A stretch of 62,000 bases of DNA, filler included, from Diploschistes diacapsis (Eukaryota), in the NCBI GenBank assembly GCA_023645945.1. It is 14 parts of 14 records of this genome, joined end to end, with 100 filler letters (N's around TTAATTAATTAA, not from the genome) between each part and the next. Parts side by side here need not be neighbours in the genome. Positions count along the whole stretch, not along the records: positions 59,300 to 62,000 come from JALAIB010002106.1; 13 more parts are not named here. One strand, written 5' to 3'. A program made the translations under genes and the position numbers. Below are positions 61,357 through 62,000 of this stretch, in pieces (the first letter of the stretch is position 1; each line of letters opens with the position of its first letter). The notes under the pieces were generated by a model, which worked only from the letters and a program-made list of their open reading frames with translations, did not search any database and was not told the DNA's origin.

Positions 61357-62000
61357 CTTTTTGTGAAGATTGCGATTGGTCACAAATCTAGGAATGACAT
61401 GTTGATGTAATTTATCACTGACGGCAGTGAGGTCCATGGTGTAGTGTTTGTGCTTGATGATATAAAAAAAACAATTCAGTACTTCTCCCTCCAACTGGAG
61501 ATCTGGAGGGATATTGCAGGGTCAATCAAGGGTAGCTAGGACAAGCGATGCCAAGGCAACATGTCAGATCAAAAGCGCCAAGCCTCAAGAAGTTCGCACG
61601 CTTGGATGACGGCTACTAGTCCAGCGGTCAGAAAGTGGCCAAGAGGAGAGAGAGAAAGAGAGAGAGGTTGCCTAGGTGGTCAAAGTTGAATACAGAAAAA
61701 AAAAAAAGAGGTCTACAGGGACTGCTAGATTTGTAGCACCCCCCCATGTGATGGTAGGTATATATACAGTACTAGGCCAAAAGTAGTTAGGTACACCATA
61801 AGCGGCAGTAAATAAACAGTCCAACTCTTGCTATTATTCTTACAACTATGCCTCCCCAACGCCGTTTGAAGCCATTCGAGCGCTCTGGGATCCTCCGCGT
61901 TCTCTACAGCGTCAATACTTTCAAAAATGCCGCCCAAAAGCTCAATATTCCCTATTTTACAGCCCAATATACGAAAGCAAAAGCTTCAGAACGAGACGAT

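Noticed and set aside
61725..61967. 80-aa ORF at the window end
   Set aside because: No recognisable domain or supported splice structure.

Overview
Draft-assembly window from a RIP-active filamentous ascomycete (Pezizomycotina-type introns and genes). It is not one locus: 14 contigs are joined by 13 artificial 100-nt spacers (N44-TTAATTAATTAA-N44). Thirteen contigs are about 2.7 kb and one is 25.4 kb, so adjacency across spacers means nothing. 1-16.9 kb and 50.9-53.6 kb are AT-rich, RIP-degraded nested transposons: chromodomain Ty3/Gypsy, Ty1/Copia, hAT, solo LTRs and a complete TRIM with TSD. The 25.4-kb contig (16969-42361) holds a kinase pseudogene, about 13 kb of decayed unidentified genes, an intact ~2072-aa NACHT/STAND-TPR (NLR-like) gene and a Cys-rich orphan. 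The short gene contigs carry BCP1, ARO7, a GH92 mannosidase, a TOK1-like K+ channel, an A1 aspartic protease, a PGC1-like GDPD, a probable RPL22 5' end, an APH-family pseudogene, and several young DNA-transposon ends/MITEs upstream of genes. The most unusual signal is a chromovirus lineage carrying an extra antisense gene for a Zn2Cys6-like plus coiled-coil protein between pol and the 3' LTR. It is visible only after undoing RIP (TAT back to TGT) and is present in two diverged copies plus a fragment. All calls were made by eye; no searches were run.
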